This document shows, piece by piece, positions 1 through 7,708 of a DNA stretch of 64,000 bases; within the stretch, counting starts at the first letter, position 1, and each line of letters opens with the position of its first letter. The DNA is from Syntrophaceae bacterium UBA7520 (GTDB lineage Bacteria > Desulfobacterota > Syntrophia > Syntrophales > Smithellaceae). A program made the position numbers and the translations under genes. The notes under the pieces were generated by a model. The model did no database searches and had not been told where the DNA came from. It saw only the letters and a list, made by a program, of their open reading frames with translations. Location of the stretch: the NCBI GenBank assembly GCA_002478265.1, contig DLNC01000026.1, forward strand, positions 6,792 through 70,791. Direction: 5' to 3'.

Positions 1-99
1 AGCCAGGTCATTTCGTACTTAAAAGCATCCGGCATAAAAGTAGGATTGCTGGTTAATTTCGGCAACAGGAGCTGTGAAGTTAGAAGGTTAATGATATAA
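1..99 (+). CDS. GxxExxY-family (PD-(D/E)XK-like) protein, C-terminal fragment; the gene begins upstream of the window
   Basis: Frame +1 reads SQVISYLKASGIKVGLLVNFGNRSCEVRRLMI-stop (TAA 97..99). The YLKA.G...GLL.NFG......RR tail matches my recollection of the conserved C-terminus of GxxExxY proteins. It is truncated by the window edge, so it is absent from the ORF track. Confidence 0.5.
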   Translation, partial: SQVISYLKASGIKVGLLVNFGNRSCEVRRLMI

Positions 100-106
100 A
101 AGACAA

Positions 107-225
107 GATTACGGAGATATGAAATAACGATTACAGAGATGATAAAGAGAAGATTACAGAGATATCTTAATCGCCGTAATCATTTTCTAAAATCGCAGTA
201 ATCTTGTTTGCTAATCGCTGCAATC
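107..225. repeat. Phased 12-bp motif array: three direct GATTAC(G/A)GAGAT copies followed by three copies in inverted orientation, ~22-bp period
   Basis: Forward copies lie at 107-118, 129-140 and 152-163. Inverted copies are ATCGCCGTAATC 170-181, ATCGCAGTAATC 192-203 and ATCGCTGCAATC 214-225. The dyad centre is ~166. The array sits between the GxxExxY stop (99) and the REC start (245). Confidence 0.8.
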
Positions 226-244
226 ACACAATGAGAGGAGCGTT

Positions 245-688
245 ATGGAGAACAAAATCATTTTGCTGGTGGAAGACAACCCCGATGACGTGGCGTTGAC
301 GCTGCGGGCATTCAAGCAAAACAATATTTTCAATGAGGTAATTGTGACGCGCGACGGAGAGGAGGCGCTGGATTATCTTTTCGGCGCCGGAAAATACAAA
401 GACCGCGACACAAAAAACTTGCCGGTAGTCATCCTTCTTGATTTAAAACTCCCCAAAAAAAACGGATTGGAAGTGCTCAAAGAAATCCGCGAAAATAAAT
501 TGAGCAGGTTAATTCCCGTGGTAGTCCTTACCTCCTCAAAAGAAGAATCCGACCTGATCCAGAGTTATCATCTGGGGGCTAACAGCTACGTGCGCAAGCC
601 GGTTGATTTTAACGATTTTGTCGCCGCCGCGAAGGTGCTCGGCCTTTACTGGCTTTTATGGAACGAGCCGCCGCCACTGAAGACGTGA
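245..688 (+). CDS. Stand-alone response-regulator receiver (CheY-like, no output domain)
   Basis: 147-aa ORF. Receiver motifs are present: acidic pocket LLVEDNPDD, phospho-acceptor Asp in VILLDLKLP, LTSS Thr, and Lys in RKP. A GAGAGGAG Shine-Dalgarno precedes the ATG. Confidence 0.9.
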   Translation: MENKIILLVEDNPDDVALTLRAFKQNNIFNEVIVTRDGEEALDYLFGAGKYKDRDTKNLPVVILLDLKLPKKNGLEVLKEIRENKLSRLIPVVVLTSSKEESDLIQSYHLGANSYVRKPVDFNDFVAAAKVLGLYWLLWNEPPPLKT

Positions 689-886
689 AGCGGCGCGCGT
701 GAAGAGGAAATGGAAGAAAAGTGTACAATTATAATCATACCGTCGGAAGACGGTATTCAGTGCTTGATACGGAGGCATCAATATAACCAGTAATTACTGG
801 ATTCCGGCTTGCGCCGGAATGACGGGCGAGTGAAACATGAACACTAACTTAACAACTCATGGATTTGTAAAAAGACCCAAAATCGG

Positions 887-1166
887 CATACCGTCGAAAG
901 ACGGCATGACGACATCGTCCCGGCGAAGAGGCTATATCATAAGGGCTGTTTGTCATTGCGAATCACGCCTTGGCGTGATGAAGCAATCTCTCATCTGTTC
1001 GATATTATAGGGATTGCCGCGTCCCACTTTATCGGGACTCGCAATGACAAATGATGATTGCGGCACAGCTCTGCGCCGGAATGACGAATAAATGAAGCGC
1101 CAGATACGTTTCACCCGGCATGCCCGAGCATGCGCTGGGCGTGGCTGCCGGTGTTACGCGCTTCAC
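887..1166. repeat. Intergenic repeat block, copy A (134-bp block + 95-bp insert + 51-bp block) upstream of the first HD-GYP gene
   Basis: 887..1020 matches 2999..3132 at 131/134 positions. 1116..1166 matches 3134..3184 at 48/51. In copy A the two blocks are separated by 95 bp (1021..1115); in copy B they are separated by 1 bp. Confidence 0.9.
948..1051. repeat. Nested palindromic REP/MITE-like element (complete dyad)
   Basis: Outer arms GTTTGTCATTGCGA (948-961) and TCGCAATGACAAA (1039-1051) are reverse complements. Inner hairpins are ATCACGCC-TTGG-CGTGAT and GTCCC-ACTTTATC-GGGAC, and the inner arms are GAAGCAATCTC / GGGATTGCCGC. Confidence 0.8.
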
Positions 1167-1213
1167 TAGAAACGAAAGAACAAAGGAAAATTACCGGTAA
1201 AAATAATAACAAT

Positions 1214-2971
1214 ATGGAAACAAATAAACTAAAGCCCCTGCGCGTCCTGATTGTTGAAGACAACGAAAACGACGCCTTGCTGCTGATCAGAGAACTGAAA
1301 AAAAGCGGTTATGACCCGAAATATCAACGTGTGCAAACCGCTCGGGAAATGCAGGAGGCGCTTGATAAAAACACATGGGACATCATTTTATGCGATTACA
1401 AACTGCCGAATTTCAGCGCTCCAAAAGCGATTGAATTATTGAAAGAGACAAAAAAGGACATCCCCCTTATCGTAATATCCGGCACAATCGGCGAAGATAC
1501 AGCGGTGGAATGCATGAGGGCAGGCGCGCATGACTACTTGATGAAAGGCAAATTATCGCGCTTAGCCCCGGCGATCGAAAGAGAAATGAGAGACGCGGAA
1601 ATAAGGAGAATGCATAAACAGGCGCACGATGCGCTTCTGGCGAGCGAGGAAAAATATCGTCTGGTCGTGGAAAACGCGCAGGAGGCCATTATTATCACGC
1701 AGGATTTAAAGATTGCCTTTGCCAATCGCGCCGCTATCAACCAAATTGAATACCCCGAAGAGATGCTTTTATCCCGACCTTTCACAAACTTCATCCACCC
1801 TGATGACCAAAACATCATTGTCGACAATCATCTCAGAAGACTAAGGGGCAAAGAAATATCCCCCGTACCGCCTTTTCGGATTATCACGAAAGGCGGGGAC
1901 ACAAAATGGGTTAATCTCAGCGCTGCCGCAATATCGTGGGAAGGCAAACCGGCTGTCTTGAATTTTTTAAATGACATTACCGAGCAAAAAAAAGCGGAGG
2001 AATCTTTAAGACAAAGCGAAGAGAGGTACCGCTTAATCTTCGAAAATTCCCCGCTCGGTCTTTTATATTTTGATAAAAACGGAACAATTGTTCATTGCAA
2101 TGATAACTTTGTGAAAATTATCGGCTCCTCGCGGGAAGCGCTCATCGGACTTAACGTGATCAATCTCCCCGATCAGAAAGTTGTCTCTGCCGTTCAACAG
2201 GCGCTCCACGGTAAAACCGGATACTACGAGGACGATTATCATTCCGTTACGGCGGCAAAAATAACGCCTTTGAGAGCGCTTTTTGCACCGATGACTTTGG
2301 AAGGAAGTTTCGTCCAGGGGGGCGTAGGAATAATCGAGGATGTTACCGACCGAAAAAAAATTGAAAAGGAACGCAAAAAAAACTTTGAAAAAGTGAGAAA
2401 AGCGCTGGATGCTACGGTGCGCGCCATGGCCACCATCGTGGAAACGCGCGATCCTTACACCGCAGGTCATCAGCAGAGAGTGGCGCAGCTGGCACAGGCC
2501 ATCGCCACGGAAATGAACCTTGATAACGAGCAAATTGAAGGTGTCCGCATCGCCGGATTAATTCATGATATCGGAAAAATCGCCGTTCCCGCGGAAATTC
2601 TCACCAAACCGGGAAAGCTGACACCTCTCGAATACAGCCTGGTTAAAGTCCATCCGCAATCCGGATACGATATATTAAAAGATATTGAATTCCCCTGGCC
2701 GATTGCCGATACAGTTTTGCAACACCATGAACGCCTGAATGGTTCGGGCTATCCCCGGGGCTTAAAAGATAATGATATCATTCTGCAGGCGCGGATTCTG
2801 GCCGTGGCCGATGTTGTGGAAGCAATTGCCTCGCACCGTCCCTACCGCGCGGCGCGGGGCATGGATGCGGCTTTAGAAGAAATTTACAAAGAGCAAGCTA
2901 TCCTTTATGATAAAGACGTTGTTGAGGCGTGTATCAAGCTGTTTCGCGAGAAGGGATACGAGCTGAGCTAA
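1214..2971 (+). CDS. Response regulator with REC + 2 PAS + HD-GYP domain (c-di-GMP phosphodiesterase type)
   Basis: REC motifs (LRVLIVEDNEND, ILCDYKLP). Two PAS modules are introduced by SEEKYR / SEERYR linkers. The C-terminal HD-GYP shows IHDIGK ... HHERLNGSGYPRGL. The ORF-track start at 1130 lies inside the intergenic repeat; the first ATG before the REC domain is 1214. Confidence 0.85.
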   Translation: METNKLKPLRVLIVEDNENDALLLIRELKKSGYDPKYQRVQTAREMQEALDKNTWDIILCDYKLPNFSAPKAIELLKETKKDIPLIVISGTIGEDTAVECMRAGAHDYLMKGKLSRLAPAIEREMRDAEIRRMHKQAHDALLASEEKYRLVVENAQEAIIITQDLKIAFANRAAINQIEYPEEMLLSRPFTNFIHPDDQNIIVDNHLRRLRGKEISPVPPFRIITKGGDTKWVNLSAAAISWEGKPAVLNFLNDITEQKKAEESLRQSEERYRLIFENSPLGLLYFDKNGTIVHCNDNFVKIIGSSREALIGLNVINLPDQKVVSAVQQALHGKTGYYEDDYHSVTAAKITPLRALFAPMTLEGSFVQGGVGIIEDVTDRKKIEKERKKNFEKVRKALDATVRAMATIVETRDPYTAGHQQRVAQLAQAIATEMNLDNEQIEGVRIAGLIHDIGKIAVPAEILTKPGKLTPLEYSLVKVHPQSGYDILKDIEFPWPIADTVLQHHERLNGSGYPRGLKDNDIILQARILAVADVVEAIASHRPYRAARGMDAALEEIYKEQAILYDKDVVEACIKLFREKGYELS

Positions 2972-2998
2972 AAACGTGAAGCGTGAAATATACTTTAT

Positions 2999-3184
2999 CA
3001 TACCGTCGAAAGACGGTATGCCGACAGCGTCCCGGCGAAGAGGCTATATCATAAGGGCTGTTTGTCATTGCGAATCACGCCTTGGCGTGATGAAGCAATC
3101 TCTCATCTGTTCGATATTATAGGGATTGCCGCACGGCATGCCCGAGCATGCGCTGGGCGTAGCTGCCGGGCTTACGCGCTTCAC
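2999..3184. repeat. Intergenic repeat block, copy B (134-bp + 51-bp blocks, lacking the 95-bp insert) upstream of the second HD-GYP gene
   Basis: See copy A. Copy B retains only the left arm (TTTGTCATTGCGA, 3060-3072) of the palindromic element. Confidence 0.9.
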
Positions 3185-3207
3185 GAGATATAAAACATGA
3201 GGTTTGA

Positions 3208-6200
3208 ATGAAAAAAACCGTTTCCACAAAAGAAAAAAAACGCAAATCCCTGCCGATTGAGCAAAAAGCCCTGCGCGTTTTACTGATTGAAGATTCAGAA
3301 GACGACGCTTTGCTTATTGTTCGCGAACTCAAAAAAGGCGGCTATAATCCCGAATACAGGCGGGTCGAAACCGCCGCGGCCATGAAAAAAGCCATAAAAG
3401 ATGATCAATGGGATATTATTCTTTGTGATTATTCCCTGCCTAAATTCAACGCGCCTCAAGCCATCCGCCTCCTGCGGGAACTAAATACAGACATTCCTGT
3501 GATCATCGTTTCCGGCGCGATCGGCGAGGAGACTGCCGCTGATTGCATGATCCTGGGCGCGCGTGATTTCATCAGGAAAAGCAACTTGTCGCGCCTGTGC
3601 CCCGCCGTAGCACGGGAACTGCAGGAAGCCAAAACAAGGTGCACGCAAAAATTCGCGCAAAAAGCTCTGCGTGAAAGCGAAAACTTTCTGGCGAGCGTCT
3701 TTGAAAGCATTCAGGACGGCATCAGCATCCTGGACACAAAATTAAACATTATCGGCGTCAACGAAACTCATAAAAAATGGTACATGCACAAAGCGCCGCT
3801 CGTTGGCAGAAAATGCTATGATGCCTACCACAACCGCAGCGAGCCATGCACAATATGCCCCTCCCGCCAGGCGCTTAGAACCGGGCGTCCTTCTTCTTTA
3901 ATTGTTCCTAAAGAGGATAACAACAAAGTCATGGGCTGGCTTGAAATTTACAGCTTCCCCCTCAAAGACGAGGCCACCGGCGAAATCAGGGGCGTCATTG
4001 AATATGTCCGCGACATTACCGAACGAAAATCAATAGAAGACGCGCTGGAAAAGCAAAAGAAGTTTACCCAGACCATTGTCGAAGAATCGCCCGCTTATTT
4101 TGTGGCTATCGGCGCGGACGGCAAAACAATAATGATGAACCAAGCGCTGCTGAAGGCGCTGGGCTATACAAAAAAAGAAGTGGCGGGAAAAAACTACCTG
4201 CAAACATTTGTCCCCAAAGCAGACCGGGAATCCCTCTCCAAAATATTTGAACAATTAATCAAACAGAAAAAATCAACACTTAACGAAAACCGCATCCTGA
4301 CCAAAAACGGCAAGGAAATTATCGTGGAATGGCACGGGCGCCCTGTTTTCAAAGACAATGGCGAATTGGATTATTTTTTCGGCGTGGGCATAAATATCAA
4401 CCAACGACATAAAGCGCAAGAAGAACTCAGGCAGAGCGAAGAAAAATACCGTTCGATCCTTTCCAGCATACAGGAAGGTTATTTCGAAGTGGATATCGGA
4501 GGCACTTATACATTTGTCAACGATGCCAACTGCCGCCTGCTCGGATATACCAAAGATGAATTGATCGGAATGAATTACCGGCAGCACATGGATAAGGAAA
4601 CTGCGGAAAAATTACGCAAACCTTACACTGATCTCTACCGGACAGGCAAACCGATACAATCGCTGGAGGTCGAATCTTACAAGAAAGACGGAACAAAAGT
4701 AACTTACGAAACATCGGTTTCTCTTATAAAAGACGCGCAAGGAAAGCCTATCGGTTTCCGGGGTGTTTCCCGCGATATTACACAGCGCAAGCAGGCCGAA
4801 GAGGCGTTAAAGCACAGCGAGGAAAAATATCGCAGCATCCTGGAAGGTATCGAAGAGGGTTATTATGAAACAGATCTCCACGGGAACCTGACCTTTTTTA
4901 ATGATGCAGCCTGCCGCATATCAGGCTATAGCCCGGAAGAATCCCTGGGCATGAACTTCCGTCAATACACGCCGGAAAGCGATGTGGATAAAATATATTC
5001 AATCTTTCATGAAGTGTACAAAACAGGGGTACCGGTCAAAGGGTTGAGCTATGAGCTAATCAGAAAGGATAAAACAAGCCGCTATGTGGAAACATCCATA
5101 TCGCTGCGCAAAGATGCCACAGGCAAGACAATAGGATTCCAGGGCATAGTCCGTGACATCACCGAACGGAAACTCGCTGAGGAAAAATTGCGGGAAAGCG
5201 AGGAAAACTACCGCAACCTGTTTAACAATGCCAAGGAAGGAATACTGATAGCGCAGGATGACCGCATCAGCTTCGCCAATCCCGCGCTTGTTAAAATACT
5301 GGGATATCCGATAGATGTAATCAGGAGCAAGCCGTTCACATCGTTTATTCATCCCGAAGACAGCAAGAAAGTTCTTGAGCGTCACCAAAGGAGGCTGCGG
5401 GGTGAAGAGGTTGAAACGGACTATTCCTTCAGAATAATTTCCGGAGACGGCACAAAAAAATGGGTACAGATAAAATCGCAGATTATTTCTTGGTACGGCA
5501 TTCCTTCTTCCTTGAGCTTCATTGAGGACATCACCGCACAAAAGAAAGCGCAGGAAGAACTGGCCGAAAGCGAAGAAAAATATCGCAGCATCCTGAAAAA
5601 CATGCAGGAAGGCTACTATGAAGTTGATTTAGCCGGCAACACAATTTTTGTCAACGATGCCATGAGCCGCATACACGGCTTTTCCAGAGAAGAGATTATC
5701 GGCATGAACAACAGGCAATACACCGATCCGGAAACAGCAAAAAAAGTGTTTCAGGAATTTAATGAAGTTTACGTCACGGAGAAGCCGGGAAAAACATCCG
5801 AGCATGAAATCATCAGAAAAGACGGCTCCAGGATATGGATTGAGGCATCTATCGCGCTGCGCAAAGACGCCGCCGGGGAAAAAATCGGTTTTAAGGGGAT
5901 TGTCCGCGACATAACTGAGCGCAGAAAAACCGAAGAAACTTTAAGAAAACGCGATATTCTTTTCCGCAAATTGTCATTTCACGTACCGGGCATGATATAT
6001 CAATTTAAAAGAAACGCTGACGGAACCTATGGCCTGCCGTTCACCACGGACGCGATATACCATATTTTTGGCTGTTCACCACAGGATGTGCTAGACGATA
6101 TTTCTCCCATAACCAAAGTGGTCCTGCCTGACGACCTTGGTCCATTTATGGATTCAATAGAAAAATCCGCTCAAAATATAACTACGTGGGAGCATGAATT

Positions 6201-7695
6201 CAGGGTGCAGATTCCCGGCCATCCGGTTAAATGGCTGCTAGGAAAATCGACGCCGGAAAAACTTACTGACGGCAGTATTATCTGGCATGGTTTTGTAACA
6301 GATGTTACCGAACGCAAAACAGCGGATGAAGAATTGCGCAGAAAACACGAAGAACTGGAAACAATGATTGAAGCATCGCCCATCATGATTTATTTCAAGG
6401 ACACACAAAACAATTTTATCCGCGTCAACAAAGCGCTTTTGGAGGCAACGGGACTCGCCCGGGAAGAGATCGAAGGAAAAAGCAACGAGGAGGTCAATCC
6501 CAAACAGGCGGCTCATTATTTGCAGGAAGACAGAGAAATCATCGCAACCGGCAAGCCAAAAATAGGATCCTATGAAGAAATAAAAACGAGAAAAGGACGA
6601 AAAGTCCTCCTTACGGATAAAGTCCCCTATCGTGACAAAGAGGGAAATATTATCGGCGTCATCGGTTTTTCCGTGGATATCACCGAACAAAAAAAGGCAC
6701 AGGACGCCCTGCGGGAAAGCGAAGAAAAATACCGCAAGCTGGTGGAAAACGCGCAGGAAGGAGTCTATCAATCCACTGCGGATGGCAAATATCTGACAAT
6801 GAATCCCGCCTTCGCGCGCATCCTCGGTTATGACTCCGCCGAGGAACTAATGCAATCCGTTGAAGATATATCCCGGCAGCTTTATGTACAGCCGCAGGAT
6901 CGCCAGAGATTGCTCAAGCTCGTCGAAAAATACGGCTCGGTCGCGGACTTTGAAACGGAATTCTACCGTAAAAATAAAACACGCGTGTGGCTTTCCGTGA
7001 GCATGCATGCTGTGCGCGACGCACGTGGCGAGATTCTTTATTATCAGGGCATGGCCCAGGATATCTCGGAAAAGAAAAAAATGGATGCAGAGCGAAAGGA
7101 AAATCTCCAAAAACTGCGCAAAGCTTTGGGCGCCACCATCAACGCCATGGCGGTAACCGTGGAGACGAGAGACCCTTACACCGCGGGCCATCAGCGGCGC
7201 GTGGCGGATCTGGCGCGGGCCATTGCCACGGAAATGAAATTATCCAGCGATAAGATTGATGCCGTGCGCATGGCCAGCGTTATCCACGATATCGGTAAAA
7301 TTTCCATACCTTCGGAAATCCTGACCAAGCCGACACAATTGTCAGATCTGGAATATAACCTAATTAAAACCCATCCCTCTTCCGGTCACGCGATTCTCAA
7401 AGACATTGAATTTCCCTGGCCGATTGCCCGTATTGTGCTCGAACACCACGAACGTATCGACGGCTCCGGCTATCCCTGCGGCCTGAAGGGTGACGAGATA
7501 CTGCTGGAATCCCGGATTGTGGCTGTGGCCGATGTGGTGGAAGCGATTTCCTCCCATCGACCATATCGCGCCGCGCAGGGCATTGAGGCGGGCCTGGAAG
7601 AAATAGAAAAAAATAAGGGAAGGCTATACGACGCGCAAGCCGTCGACGCCTGCCTGCGCCTATTCCGCGAAAAACACTATAAGATGGATATCTGA
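3208..7695 (+). CDS. Giant response regulator: REC + ~9 PAS modules + HD-GYP domain
   Basis: 1495-aa ORF with a GAGG SD 6 nt upstream. REC shows LRVLLIEDSEDD, ILCDYSLP. There are nine coiled-linker/PAS units, seven of them introduced by an SE(E/N)(K/N/F)(Y/L) motif. The HD-GYP end shows IHDIGK ... HHERIDGSGYPCGL. The last PAS + HD-GYP is closely paralogous to 1214..2971. Confidence 0.9.
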   Translation: MKKTVSTKEKKRKSLPIEQKALRVLLIEDSEDDALLIVRELKKGGYNPEYRRVETAAAMKKAIKDDQWDIILCDYSLPKFNAPQAIRLLRELNTDIPVIIVSGAIGEETAADCMILGARDFIRKSNLSRLCPAVARELQEAKTRCTQKFAQKALRESENFLASVFESIQDGISILDTKLNIIGVNETHKKWYMHKAPLVGRKCYDAYHNRSEPCTICPSRQALRTGRPSSLIVPKEDNNKVMGWLEIYSFPLKDEATGEIRGVIEYVRDITERKSIEDALEKQKKFTQTIVEESPAYFVAIGADGKTIMMNQALLKALGYTKKEVAGKNYLQTFVPKADRESLSKIFEQLIKQKKSTLNENRILTKNGKEIIVEWHGRPVFKDNGELDYFFGVGININQRHKAQEELRQSEEKYRSILSSIQEGYFEVDIGGTYTFVNDANCRLLGYTKDELIGMNYRQHMDKETAEKLRKPYTDLYRTGKPIQSLEVESYKKDGTKVTYETSVSLIKDAQGKPIGFRGVSRDITQRKQAEEALKHSEEKYRSILEGIEEGYYETDLHGNLTFFNDAACRISGYSPEESLGMNFRQYTPESDVDKIYSIFHEVYKTGVPVKGLSYELIRKDKTSRYVETSISLRKDATGKTIGFQGIVRDITERKLAEEKLRESEENYRNLFNNAKEGILIAQDDRISFANPALVKILGYPIDVIRSKPFTSFIHPEDSKKVLERHQRRLRGEEVETDYSFRIISGDGTKKWVQIKSQIISWYGIPSSLSFIEDITAQKKAQEELAESEEKYRSILKNMQEGYYEVDLAGNTIFVNDAMSRIHGFSREEIIGMNNRQYTDPETAKKVFQEFNEVYVTEKPGKTSEHEIIRKDGSRIWIEASIALRKDAAGEKIGFKGIVRDITERRKTEETLRKRDILFRKLSFHVPGMIYQFKRNADGTYGLPFTTDAIYHIFGCSPQDVLDDISPITKVVLPDDLGPFMDSIEKSAQNITTWEHEFRVQIPGHPVKWLLGKSTPEKLTDGSIIWHGFVTDVTERKTADEELRRKHEELETMIEASPIMIYFKDTQNNFIRVNKALLEATGLAREEIEGKSNEEVNPKQAAHYLQEDREIIATGKPKIGSYEEIKTRKGRKVLLTDKVPYRDKEGNIIGVIGFSVDITEQKKAQDALRESEEKYRKLVENAQEGVYQSTADGKYLTMNPAFARILGYDSAEELMQSVEDISRQLYVQPQDRQRLLKLVEKYGSVADFETEFYRKNKTRVWLSVSMHAVRDARGEILYYQGMAQDISEKKKMDAERKENLQKLRKALGATINAMAVTVETRDPYTAGHQRRVADLARAIATEMKLSSDKIDAVRMASVIHDIGKISIPSEILTKPTQLSDLEYNLIKTHPSSGHAILKDIEFPWPIARIVLEHHERIDGSGYPCGLKGDEILLESRIVAVADVVEAISSHRPYRAAQGIEAGLEEIEKNKGRLYDAQAVDACLRLFREKHYKMDI

Positions 7696-7708
7696 AACTG
7701 CTTATCCG

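Noticed and set aside
107-225. Possibility that the phased 12-bp repeats are a mini CRISPR array
   Set aside because: The units are only 12 bp with ~10-bp spacers, half of them are in inverted orientation, and no cas genes are present.
1130-1213. N-terminal 28 codons of ORF 1130..2971 (MRWAWLPVLRASLETKEQ...)
   Set aside because: This stretch lies inside the duplicated intergenic repeat block (1116..1166 matches 3134..3184), which is non-coding upstream of the paralog. The REC domain begins right after the ATG at 1214.
689-1213. c-di-GMP (GEMM) riboswitch upstream of the HD-GYP gene
   Set aside because: The hairpins present are explained by REP-like palindromic units, and no GEMM-like conserved cores were recognised by eye.
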